Source of the DNA: a virus
Taxonomy: Duplodnaviria; Caudoviricetes
Strand: one strand, 5' to 3'
IMG/VR virus record: IMGVR_UViG_3300001765_000186
Location: 1-59,884 of that record
DNA length: 59,884 nucleotides
In this document: piece by piece, positions 1 to 8,322 of the stretch
Layout: each line of letters opens with the position of its first letter
Numbering within the stretch: the stretch's first letter is position 1
Made by a program: the position numbers and the translations under genes
The notes under the pieces: model-generated
The model's database searches: none
What the model saw: the letters and a program-made list of their open reading frames with translations, nothing else
What the model was told of the DNA's origin: nothing

Positions 1-295
1 TCCTGGGCTACTTCAATGGGTGTACGGTCCATATCAAGCTCCTTGTGTGACTGTGACGTGATAACGGCGGGCGTCTTGCTGGGCCTTCTCGGACTTCTTG
101 CTCAAGCCCGCGATGGTCCCGATATTTCGACCACTGGCTTCAACCTTCTCGCGCGAATCCGTGGCCACTTGCGATGCGCTTGACCCACTGGCATTTGCAG
201 GGCTGAAAGATCGGTCTTCTGCAAATACACTGCGCTGGCCGCTGCCGTGTGCAGTAAGGATGTTGCCCAATGACTTGGGTGTGCCATCCGGCCAG
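1..295. repeat. Terminal overlap copy A (homologous to ~59324-59618); first 89 bp identical, then diverged
   Basis: Bases 1-89 match 59324-59412 exactly; ORFs 34..333 and 59357..59629 are clear alleles. Confidence 0.9.
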
Positions 296-333
296 ACTGC
301 CGGGGTCCGCGTGGTCTGTGCGGTGTCGCTCAT
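34..333 (-). CDS. Hypothetical phage protein, allele of 59357..59629
   Basis: 4-bp overlap with 330..548; second homologous copy with conserved frame. Confidence 0.75.
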   Translation of the reverse strand: MSDTAQTTRTPAVWPDGTPKSLGNILTAHGSGQRSVFAEDRSFSPANASGSSASQVATDSREKVEASGRNIGTIAGLSKKSEKAQQDARRYHVTVTQGA

Positions 334-548
334 ATCCCTCGCGCTCCCTCGTATTCCCTCAGAACTCCCTTGCTCTTGAGTTCGGTGTGCAGCAACATTG
401 CGGCATGGATTTCAATCACCGCCCACTTGTGAAGGACATCCCGAGCAATCTCGGATTTGTCCTTTCCTGTGGTTCGGTGGAGTGTTTCCAGAAGTGCATC
501 GACTTCTGGGGTGACTTTGCAGCGGAAGTCTGTGAGGGGGATAGACAT
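330..548 (-). CDS. Small regulator, possible ribbon-helix-helix (cII position)
   Basis: DFRCKV strand then helices with KSEIARDVL; directly downstream of cro. Confidence 0.6.
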   Translation of the reverse strand: MSIPLTDFRCKVTPEVDALLETLHRTTGKDKSEIARDVLHKWAVIEIHAAMLLHTELKSKGVLREYEGARGI

Positions 549-752
549 TTATGCGGCCCTCTCGGCTGCTTGGGGGGCGGGTTTCTTGCGAAGTGGCTTG
601 GGCTGCGTGTACTTCATTTCAAGCACCTTCGCCCAAGGTTTCGGGAGGCCGCGTTTGCGCCAATTGCTCACCACGTTTTGTCTAACGTCAAGAGCATTTG
701 CGAGCTTTCCGACACTGCCTTCGGAATCAATTGCGTTTTCGAGAATGTTCAT
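549..752 (-). CDS. cro: Cro-like HTH repressor (probably leaderless)
   Basis: GSVGKLANALDVRQNVVSNWRKRG HTH; divergent from cI. Confidence 0.8.
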   Translation of the reverse strand: MNILENAIDSEGSVGKLANALDVRQNVVSNWRKRGLPKPWAKVLEMKYTQPKPLRKKPAPQAAERAA

Positions 753-759
753 GAACAAC

Positions 760-813
760 ACTGTATCACTTAAGTGTTATTTATTCAACACCAAAGTGCT
801 TCACTGCTGTGAT
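760..813. promoter_or_regulatory. OR-like operator region with pR-like promoter
   Basis: CAC-N4-GTG sites at 765-778, 787-800, 800-813; minus-strand TTGAAT-17-TACAGT ends 7 nt before the cro ATG. Confidence 0.75.
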
Positions 814-825
814 TTACTCAGCGGT

Positions 826-1551
826 ATGGAAGAATCGATCGGAGACCGCCTGAAGAAACTTCGGAAAGCGGAAAAACTAACGCAAGCCGCACTTGCTGCA
901 CAGGTCGGGCTAAGTCAAAGCGCAATTGGAAATATTGAAGCTGGCACAAGGGGGTATGGCGCTAGTGTTGTACTTATCGCAAAGGCTCTTAAAACCTCCC
1001 CCGAATTCCTCCAAGTGGTCGGGAGGTTAACGAGACAGCCATCAGAATCAAACCAGCCTGCGGATATCCCGTTTTCTGGTCAAGTGGCTGGCGAACATAG
1101 GCCAATACCCATAGAACTTGAAAACAACCCCGAATACCCAGCGATTCGTCGAGTGGCCATCAAGGCTCAGGCTGGCGTGTCTGGTTTTTCAGTTGAGTAC
1201 AGCACCGAGGACGACGGACCACCTATCGTGTTTCGCGCCGACTGGTACAAGGCTAAGGGCTATAAGCCAGAGAAGATGCTGGCGTTGCGGGTCAAGGGGG
1301 AAAGCATGATCCCCAGCATGTACGAGGGCGACTTGATCGTCATCAACACGCTGTCCACGGAACCCAAGCAGGGCATCCCTTTCCTCGTTTCGTATGAGGG
1401 AGAAATATGCGTGAAGCGCTTGGTGCGCGATGATGGTCTTTGGTGGCTCACCAGCGACAACCCGGACCAGAGACGCTACCCGCGCACCAAGTGCAACGGT
1501 GGAACCGATATCATTGGGGAAGTCGTGTACCGACAGACAGAGCGGGTCTGA
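826..1551 (+). CDS. cI: CI-like repressor (XRE HTH plus S24 peptidase)
   Basis: LTQAALAAQVGLSQSAIGNIEAG HTH; VKGESMIP catalytic Ser and VKRL Lys; ATG at 826 preferred over the ORF-track start. Confidence 0.92.
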   Translation: MEESIGDRLKKLRKAEKLTQAALAAQVGLSQSAIGNIEAGTRGYGASVVLIAKALKTSPEFLQVVGRLTRQPSESNQPADIPFSGQVAGEHRPIPIELENNPEYPAIRRVAIKAQAGVSGFSVEYSTEDDGPPIVFRADWYKAKGYKPEKMLALRVKGESMIPSMYEGDLIVINTLSTEPKQGIPFLVSYEGEICVKRLVRDDGLWWLTSDNPDQRRYPRTKCNGGTDIIGEVVYRQTERV

Positions 1552-1566
1552 TTATCAGAACTCCAT

Positions 1567-2289
1567 ATGAAACGAACATTCATTTCTGCAATCACGCTTT
1601 TTATTGGCAATGCATTTGCTCAAGCCATAAGCAGAACAGGAAATGTGATTGAAGACGACAGCGGCGGGCTTGGTGGCAGTAGCGCAGGAGTCGGAATTGT
1701 GTATTCGGCGTTCGTAGTCGGAGCAATCGCAGTCTGGCTTTTTGCGGGTTACAGAAGCAGGCAGCAAAACAAGACATCGCTTCCTGTCACCACACCTAGC
1801 CCCAAAGCAAATTGGAATTGGCGACTCATTGCTTCGTGCTTTGTTGCATTTTGGGCCTGGAAACTGTTCTTTATCTGGAGCAATGACACACCAAAACCGC
1901 CTGTGTACGTTTCTGTGGATCAACCAAGTCCAGCAGTTCAATTTTTAGAACTAGATGTCATAAAGCCACCAGAACCGCCACCGCAAGGTCAAACTCAACC
2001 AGCCCAGCAGTACCAGCCATCAACACCACCCCCACCTACGCAGGCAGAAAAGGACGCCGCCCTAAAACAACAACAAGCCAACCGCCAAGCGGCAGCAGAC
2101 CTCGACGAGCGAGCAGCCCGCGCCGTTGCAGCTTACCCTTATCTTGATACTCCCGCTGGCGCAGACACCCTGCAAAAAATCATCGACTACCGCGACGAAC
2201 AAATTAGAGGCGGCACATACCCAGCCCTTGCGCTTACGCGGGCAGTCAACAAATATGCACCGGGGAACGACCCGCGCGGTCTACGGTGA
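1567..2289 (+). CDS. Membrane protein with Pro/Gln linker and C-terminal scaffold-like domain
   Basis: Signal-like N-terminus, two further hydrophobic segments, PQ-rich linker, C-terminus aligns with 45990..46892 product. Confidence 0.8.
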   Translation: MKRTFISAITLFIGNAFAQAISRTGNVIEDDSGGLGGSSAGVGIVYSAFVVGAIAVWLFAGYRSRQQNKTSLPVTTPSPKANWNWRLIASCFVAFWAWKLFFIWSNDTPKPPVYVSVDQPSPAVQFLELDVIKPPEPPPQGQTQPAQQYQPSTPPPPTQAEKDAALKQQQANRQAAADLDERAARAVAAYPYLDTPAGADTLQKIIDYRDEQIRGGTYPALALTRAVNKYAPGNDPRGLR

Positions 2290-2567
2290 TTCTCGTTGCC
2301 CGCGCTCTTTTATTGATAGCGTCTATATCAATATCCACCGGGGCTACAGCCAAAATAGAGCGAAAGCACTCGGTGCGTCATGCGTTTGTTAGGCAGCAGG
2401 CGTGCCCTTCAACAGAGCGGCATCGACTGCCCTGCCCTGGCTGGCAGATTGACCACGTGGTCCCGCTCAAATGCAAAGGGCCGGACAACACGGACAACTT
2501 GCAATGGCTGACCATTGAGGATCACAAGGCGAAAACCGGCCGCGAGGCAAAACTATGCAGGAAGTGA
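2286..2567 (+). CDS. Small HNH endonuclease-like protein with signal peptide
   Basis: Hydrophobic N-terminus ending ATA; IDHVVPL..GPD..DNLQWL...HKAKT motif; GTGA overlap. Confidence 0.8.
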   Translation: MILVARALLLIASISISTGATAKIERKHSVRHAFVRQQACPSTERHRLPCPGWQIDHVVPLKCKGPDNTDNLQWLTIEDHKAKTGREAKLCRK

Positions 2568-2571
2568 ATCT

Positions 2572-2907
2572 ATGACCGCTGACGAACACGAAATACTGAG
2601 TCTAAAAATGCGCCTACTCGCGCAAAAAACCCTATTGGATTGGCTTGTCGATATGCAACGGATTCGTTATGGCTCTTTACCATCACCTGAGCAACCTCAG
2701 ACGCTGACGCAATATGAGAAAAAGCTATCACTTGTGCGTCAAGACTACTCGACCATGACGCTGCCGAATTTGCATCCGGCTGAGTCTGATATGCAGACGG
2801 CGTTGTTTCAGGAATCATTTGATGGACTTTCAAAAGAGATGGTTTCAACAATTAGCAAAGGGCTTTCAGACGAAGAACTGATACGGCTTAGCAAGCTTAA
2901 AAAGTAG
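2572..2907 (+). CDS. Hypothetical protein, last gene of the cI-downstream block
   Basis: ATG 4 nt after upstream stop; followed by terminator. Confidence 0.65.
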   Translation: MTADEHEILSLKMRLLAQKTLLDWLVDMQRIRYGSLPSPEQPQTLTQYEKKLSLVRQDYSTMTLPNLHPAESDMQTALFQESFDGLSKEMVSTISKGLSDEELIRLSKLKK

Positions 2908-2925
2908 CCCACTCGAACCCCACAC

Positions 2926-2949
2926 AAACCGCCCGCGAGGCGGTTTTTT
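2926..2949 (+). terminator. Rho-independent terminator
   Basis: AAACCGCC-CGCGA-GGCGGTTTTTT. Confidence 0.85.
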
Positions 2950-3002
2950 GTTGCCTGAAAATTAATGACTCAATAGATATTAGAGCACAAGACAAAATCA
3001 AC

Positions 3003-3043
3003 AACACTTTAGTGTTTACTTATTAAATCACTTGAGTGATACT
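3003..3043 (+). promoter_or_regulatory. OL-like operators with pL-like promoter
   Basis: AACACTTTAGTGTT (3003-3016) and ATCACTTGAGTGAT (3027-3040) overlap TTTACT-17-GATACT. Confidence 0.8.
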
Positions 3044-3061
3044 TCTCCAAGCCCGCAATAA

Positions 3062-3373
3062 ATGCGGAAACAGGAGCAAGTGATGTACCTAAATTCAAGT
3101 GAAGCGACCAAGCCCAAGCGGCATAGAAGCCTCCCAGGCTTTGAGTCCTATGTCAGCGGCATTCCTTGCCGCATCGACGTTACCTACTACTTTGAGCAAA
3201 AGCCACTCGGCCCAACGTGCGACAGCGATTGGGACTGCCACGGCTACACAGAAATTTCCTTTGACGTGCTGGACCGCAATGGCCGCGATGCGCCCTGGTT
3301 GACCAGAAAGATGTCGCTTGCCGACAAGGAGCGCATCGAAAGCGAAATCTGCCACCAGCACGGAGCCCACTAA
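3062..3373 (+). CDS. Hypothetical phage early protein
   Basis: First ORF after pL-like promoter; TAATG coupling to next gene. Confidence 0.7.
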   Translation: MRKQEQVMYLNSSEATKPKRHRSLPGFESYVSGIPCRIDVTYYFEQKPLGPTCDSDWDCHGYTEISFDVLDRNGRDAPWLTRKMSLADKERIESEICHQHGAH

Positions 3374-3675
3374 TGAACACGATCAAAAGCAAGGCCACCA
3401 CAGCCCTCCTGCTGATGGGCTTTCTGGGTGCGCTGGGCGTTGTTGGCCCCGCCCTGGACATTGAAGATCACGGCTACGAGCACGAAGTAGCGCGTGAAGA
3501 ACTGGACAAGCAGCAGCGGCAAGAGCGTTTTGAGAATGCCGCCCGCGAAGTGTGCGGAGAGAACGCCACTTACCGCCTGACCCACAAGCACGGCGAAATT
3601 ATTTGTCTCACAAAGCGCAATCATGCTACGGGGCGCATTGCCTCGATTGGAGAAACCAATGCCAAAAGCAATTGA
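3373..3675 (+). CDS. Hypothetical protein with N-terminal hydrophobic segment
   Basis: GGAG RBS, coupled start. Confidence 0.7.
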   Translation: MNTIKSKATTALLLMGFLGALGVVGPALDIEDHGYEHEVAREELDKQQRQERFENAAREVCGENATYRLTHKHGEIICLTKRNHATGRIASIGETNAKSN

Positions 3676-3793
3676 CATCACAGGTCAGCGGTTTGGGCGG
3701 CTGGAAGCAATTACCAGCGTAGGGCGCATTCGGCAAGCACAACACCTTGGCAGCAGCAATCCACCTAACCATTCAAACACTGAGGACTAAAAA

Positions 3794-4870
3794 ATGAACG
3801 TCGAACTGATTGAGCCATCCACCACTGCCATTAGCGAATACAACCAGACCGAAGCTGCGTTGACAGAGCTTCGTGAACGCATGGCGAACGTCGAGTATGA
3901 CGTGGCCACCGTAAAGGGCATGGAAGTCGCCAAGAAAGACCGCGCCGAGGTCCGTGGCCTGCGCACTGGCTTGGAAACCATGCGTAAGCAGATCAAGGCC
4001 CCCGCACTGGCCCAATGCAAGCTGATCGACGCAGAGGCAGCACGCATCACGACTGAACTGCTTAAACTGGAAGAACCCATCGACCAGCAAATCAAGGCCC
4101 GTGAACTGGTGTTGGAAGCTGAGAAAGAAGCCAAGGCCCAAGCAGAACGCGCCCGCATTACAGCCATCCACAAGCGCATAGCAGATGTGCGCGGATACCA
4201 CGCCTTGGCTCTGGAGTGCCGCACTGCTGACCGCGTGCAGGTTCTGATTGATAAAGCTCTCGCCGCCTGGGTGGCCTACGAATTTGAGGACGACTTTCAA
4301 GAGTTCGGAATCGAAGCACAGACAGCCTACAACGACACCCATAACCGCATGGTTGAGATACATGCGCAGAAGTTCGCTGATGAAGCGGAACGCGCAGCCG
4401 TCAAGGCCGCACAAGCAGCGGAGACAGAGCGCCTAGCAGCCGAAAAGGCCATCCAAGACGCAGCCGCAAAGAAGCTGGCCGACGAACGCGCAGCGTTTGA
4501 AGCAGAGCAGGCCGCATTCCGCGCCCAGCAAGCCGCCGCCCAGGCCGAAGCGTTGGCCAAGGAAGAAGCGCATTTACGCGCCATTGCGGAGGAAGTCTCC
4601 CAGTTTGAGGCAGGGCAAGCCGCAAAAGAACTGGCCGAGTATCAAGCTGCAATCGCCGGTGTTGAAGCCGCACCAGCAGAAGACACGCCACAAGTGCAGT
4701 CCACTGAACTGGCGACCGTGGAAGCGACTACATGGAGTGCCCCCATCCCGGAGCGCCCCGCCTCATTCGATCTTGTCGAGTGCATTGCCGACCGCTGGGA
4801 TGTGCCTATGAAGGTAGCCGAGGGATGGCTGTACAGCTACTGCAACGACTTCACCACCGACTTTGTTTAA
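3794..4870 (+). CDS. Coiled-coil protein upstream of the recombination genes
   Basis: GAGG RBS; long Ala/Glu-rich helical sequence. Confidence 0.75.
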   Translation: MNVELIEPSTTAISEYNQTEAALTELRERMANVEYDVATVKGMEVAKKDRAEVRGLRTGLETMRKQIKAPALAQCKLIDAEAARITTELLKLEEPIDQQIKARELVLEAEKEAKAQAERARITAIHKRIADVRGYHALALECRTADRVQVLIDKALAAWVAYEFEDDFQEFGIEAQTAYNDTHNRMVEIHAQKFADEAERAAVKAAQAAETERLAAEKAIQDAAAKKLADERAAFEAEQAAFRAQQAAAQAEALAKEEAHLRAIAEEVSQFEAGQAAKELAEYQAAIAGVEAAPAEDTPQVQSTELATVEATTWSAPIPERPASFDLVECIADRWDVPMKVAEGWLYSYCNDFTTDFV

Positions 4871-4885
4871 CCCAAGGAGAAACAC

Positions 4886-5893
4886 ATGGAATCCAACCAA
4901 AACGAAAACCGCGCTCTGCAAACTGTTGTGGATGACACACCCGAGTCCACGGGTCGTATCAGCGCCGGAAGCCTCATGCTCGACTCGGACACCATGGGCA
5001 CATTGATGCGCGTTGCCGACCTCATGGCCGGTGGCAAGTCCACCGTGCCCCTGCACTTGCAAAAGAACCCGTCCGACTGCATGGCAGTGTGTACGCAAGC
5101 GATGCAATGGGGGATGAACCCCTTTGCCGTGGCACAGAAGACCCACATAGTGAATGGCACGCTGGGCTATGAAGCCCAGTTGGTAAATGCCGTTGTGCAG
5201 CAGTCAGGCGCTATCGTGGGCCGCTTTCACTACGAGTACAAGGGCGACTCCCCGCAAATCAACTGCCGCGTCGGTGCCGTCATCCGTGGCGAAGTGGACA
5301 TCACATGGGGCGAGTGGCTGCACGAAGGCAAGGTAACGACCAAGAACAGCCCACTGTGGAAGACAAACCCCAAGCAGCAAATGGGATACCTGCAAGTGAA
5401 GAACTGGGCACGTCTGTACGCTCCCGGTGCTTTGCTGGGCGTCTACACACCGGACGAACTGGACCAGCCGCTACCGCGCAACATGGGCCACGCCAATGAA
5501 GTGCCTACTGAGTCCTATGTAGCAACATCTGAATTGGAAGCCAGCGCCCGCAAGGCCGCCAGCGAAGGCAAGGCCAGTTTTGCAGCCTTCTTCAATGGAC
5601 TGCCCAAAGCAGACCGCCCGCATCTGCGCAGCCTGCGTGCAGAACTGGATCAGATCGCCACGGATGCCGACGCGGCCCGTACCGTTGAAACACCAGCAGC
5701 CAGCACAACCAACCAGTCAACCGGCGAAGTAACTGTGACATTCGCCCAGGTGATTGCCAAGCTGGACATGGCCGACAACGAAGACAAGTTGTATGTGGCG
5801 TATGACTGGGCCAATGCGATGGACGACCAAACCCGCATGGCCGAAGTTGAAGCCCACTTCAATGCCCGCCTCACCACTATCCGGGGCGAATAG
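4886..5893 (+). CDS. recT: RecT-family single-strand annealing protein
   Basis: VPLHLQKNPSDCMAV..QAMQWGMNPFAVAQKTH, LGYEAQLVNAV, LGVYTPDEL. Confidence 0.9.
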   Translation: MESNQNENRALQTVVDDTPESTGRISAGSLMLDSDTMGTLMRVADLMAGGKSTVPLHLQKNPSDCMAVCTQAMQWGMNPFAVAQKTHIVNGTLGYEAQLVNAVVQQSGAIVGRFHYEYKGDSPQINCRVGAVIRGEVDITWGEWLHEGKVTTKNSPLWKTNPKQQMGYLQVKNWARLYAPGALLGVYTPDELDQPLPRNMGHANEVPTESYVATSELEASARKAASEGKASFAAFFNGLPKADRPHLRSLRAELDQIATDADAARTVETPAASTTNQSTGEVTVTFAQVIAKLDMADNEDKLYVAYDWANAMDDQTRMAEVEAHFNARLTTIRGE

Positions 5894-5895
5894 TC

Positions 5896-6705
5896 ATGGG
5901 TTTCATCATCGTCAACTGTGAGCAGGGTTCCCCCGAGTGGCACGAAGCGCGTGCCGGGGTCATCACTGCCAGCAACTTCAAAATCGCAAGAGAGCGCGTA
6001 GGCGGTTTGACAGACCAGCAGCAGCTTTTCGTCAATGCCGTTCGTGCTGGCCGGTCGGATGCCGAAGCCGGTGAACTGGCCGGGTACAAGACCAAGGTGA
6101 AGCGCACTGACACCGTAGAGCGGGCCATCATGGGCCTGCCAATTGGTGACTTCTCGGAGGCAGCCAAGAACTACGCCTTTCGTGTAGCCGTCGAAGGTAT
6201 CAGCGGCGTCCCCCTGGACGAAGGCTTCACGACTTGGGCCATGAAGCGCGGCAATGAACTGGAACCAGAAGCCCGCCACCGTCACGAAGAAGAAGCCGGT
6301 GTGATTGTGGAGCGTGCTGGGTTCGTCACCACCATGGATGGCGCATTCGGTGGATCTGCTGACGGCTTGATAGGCGATACAAAGGGCAGCGAATACAAGT
6401 GCCTTGTGTCCCCCGAGGGCCTGCGCGATGTACTGCTGGAGAACGACATTAGCGCGTTCACCGACCAGATTCAAGGCTGCATGTGGATCACGGGCCGCAC
6501 GGCATGGCATTTCGGCCTGTACTGCCCTGCCCTTGCGGCAATCGGTATGGACTTTACGTGGCAAGAAGTTGCCCGCGATGACAACTACATCGAAAAGCTG
6601 GAGTCGGACCTGATGCGCTTTCGTTCCCTGGTTCAGCAGTACACGTCAAAGCTGCGACTGATGGGCCGGTCTGCAAATGTCGATTTGATGCGCCAAGCCG
6701 CATAA
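5896..6705 (+). CDS. YqaJ/lambda-exonuclease family protein
   Basis: EQGSPEWHEARAGVITAS, MKRGNELEPEAR, SADGLIG, EYKC, QIQG. Confidence 0.9.
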   Translation: MGFIIVNCEQGSPEWHEARAGVITASNFKIARERVGGLTDQQQLFVNAVRAGRSDAEAGELAGYKTKVKRTDTVERAIMGLPIGDFSEAAKNYAFRVAVEGISGVPLDEGFTTWAMKRGNELEPEARHRHEEEAGVIVERAGFVTTMDGAFGGSADGLIGDTKGSEYKCLVSPEGLRDVLLENDISAFTDQIQGCMWITGRTAWHFGLYCPALAAIGMDFTWQEVARDDNYIEKLESDLMRFRSLVQQYTSKLRLMGRSANVDLMRQAA

Positions 6706-6744
6706 CCCTTTCCCTCAACCCTCCACAACTTCAAGGAGAACACC

Positions 6745-7086
6745 ATGGCAACACCACCGCGCCCGTTCACGGACACACTCAACTCATTGCGCTACGGCAC
6801 CCTGAGTGATGACCTCACCAAAGCCCTCAACGACTTGACTTCCAAGTGTGCAGACTCTGGCAAGCAGGGCACGCTGACGCTGAAACTCGTCCTCAAGCCG
6901 GGTAACGGCGGGCAAATCGAAATCTCCGACGACATCAAGATCGTGATGCCCAAGGAAGTCAAAGGCTCCAGCATCTTCTGGGCGACACCAGAAGGCAACC
7001 TCACGCGCGAAGACCCAAAGCAGCGCTCTATCGAAGGTCTGCGCACGCTGGACCAAGCAACCGGCGAACTGCGTCGAGTCGGCTGA
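6745..7086 (+). CDS. Conserved phage protein usually preceding DUF2303 genes
   Basis: AAGGAG RBS; GTLTLKL and FWATPEGNLTREDP motifs. Confidence 0.75.
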   Translation: MATPPRPFTDTLNSLRYGTLSDDLTKALNDLTSKCADSGKQGTLTLKLVLKPGNGGQIEISDDIKIVMPKEVKGSSIFWATPEGNLTREDPKQRSIEGLRTLDQATGELRRVG

Positions 7087-7183
7087 TGCAAGAGCAAGAG
7101 CACGACACCAAAGAAGAAGAAAAAGACACCCGAATCCCCATCGGACCTTTTGACGTTTAACCCCTTCACTTTTTGAGAACCTT

Positions 7184-7441
7184 ATGAGCATTGATACCGT
7201 AAGCGGCACCGCCAACAAGGGCAAGTTGCAGATCCCTGAAATCTTCACCATCGGCATTCCAGTACTGGAAGGTGGCGACAAGTACGCCGTGGGCTGCCGC
7301 CTGCGCTACCGCATTGACGGCGGCAAGATGCTCATGTGGTTCGACATGCTGCGCCCCCACAAGGTTGTGGAAGACGCCATCAAACAGGTCTGGCTCTCTA
7401 TCGAAGAAGGCACCGGCCATTCAATCCTGAACGGTAACTAA
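7184..7441 (+). pseudogene. C-terminal fragment of a DUF2303-like protein (internal deletion)
   Basis: IPEIFTIGIPVLEGG..RLRYRI..G.ML resembles the DUF2303 C-terminus, but the ORF is only 85 aa. Confidence 0.6.
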
Positions 7442-7445
7442 AACC

Positions 7446-7769
7446 ATGACCGTCACCCAACACAGCGAAAAATCTCACTCCGAACGCATTGCCGAAATCG
7501 TTGCGGAACTGGCAGAGCAAAAGCGTGCTTATTTTGTGGACGGAATTGAACGCCCAATGGCTGTACGGGTGACGCTTGAGGCTGAACTTGCCCGCCTGCG
7601 CCTCGAAAAATTGCAGCTTCACAGCGCCGAAAAGGCCAGAACGATGCAGGTACGCCAGTTGCGCGGCGACCTGTTGAAAAAAGCCCTTGCCGACCTCGGC
7701 CATGTGTCGCTGTATGAAACATGCAACGCCCAGGCCGAATGCCTGATTCCCCCAGTCAACCAGCGATAA
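7446..7769 (+). CDS. Hypothetical protein
   Basis: Tightly packed co-directional ORF. Confidence 0.7.
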   Translation: MTVTQHSEKSHSERIAEIVAELAEQKRAYFVDGIERPMAVRVTLEAELARLRLEKLQLHSAEKARTMQVRQLRGDLLKKALADLGHVSLYETCNAQAECLIPPVNQR

Positions 7770-7773
7770 CACC

Positions 7774-8322
7774 ATGGCATCCGTAAATAGAGTCATTGTT
7801 GATGTTGATGAAATACAGAGAATGTATGTCTCTGATTTTCTGAGCATCCCACAGATAAGCAGCGCCATCGGCGTATCACAGTCAACAGTCAGGAACCGCC
7901 TTCATGATCTTGGTGTACTCCGCGCCAGAACCGAGGCGATCAGAGTAGCGGCAGCAATCGGCAGGCTAGGTAGCGGGCTGCGAGGAAAGACAAGAACCTT
8001 TACAGAAGATTGGTGCCGCAACATTTCCACTGCCAAGCTGGCATTTGGTGAAAAGTTCGCCAAAGGGGTGGCAAAAAAAACAAGTGGCTATATGGAGTTC
8101 ACTCGCGGCCAACACAAAGGCCGAATGGTCCACGTTGTCACCATGGAAGAAAGCATTGGCCGCAGGATTCTTCCGGACGAAGTTGTTCATCACATTGATG
8201 AAAACAAAGCCAACAACCAGTTGACCAATCTGCAACTAATGACCAGATCTGAACACTCCGCACTTCACAGCCAAATCACAGTCAAAAACAGAAAGCGAGA
8301 TAGTCATGGCAAGTTTGAATAA
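7774..8322 (+). CDS. HNH homing endonuclease with N-terminal HTH
   Basis: HVVTMEESIGR..DEVVHHIDENKANNQLTNLQLMTRSEH. Confidence 0.88.
   Translation: MASVNRVIVDVDEIQRMYVSDFLSIPQISSAIGVSQSTVRNRLHDLGVLRARTEAIRVAAAIGRLGSGLRGKTRTFTEDWCRNISTAKLAFGEKFAKGVAKKTSGYMEFTRGQHKGRMVHVVTMEESIGRRILPDEVVHHIDENKANNQLTNLQLMTRSEHSALHSQITVKNRKRDSHGKFE

Noticed and set aside
457-825. 364-aa extended cI from the ORF track
   Set aside because: The extension overlaps cro and the operators; the HTH begins right after ATG 826
3676-3793. Possible small RNA in the intergenic gap
   Set aside because: Only one short stem (GCTGG/CCAGC) is visible; no recognisable family
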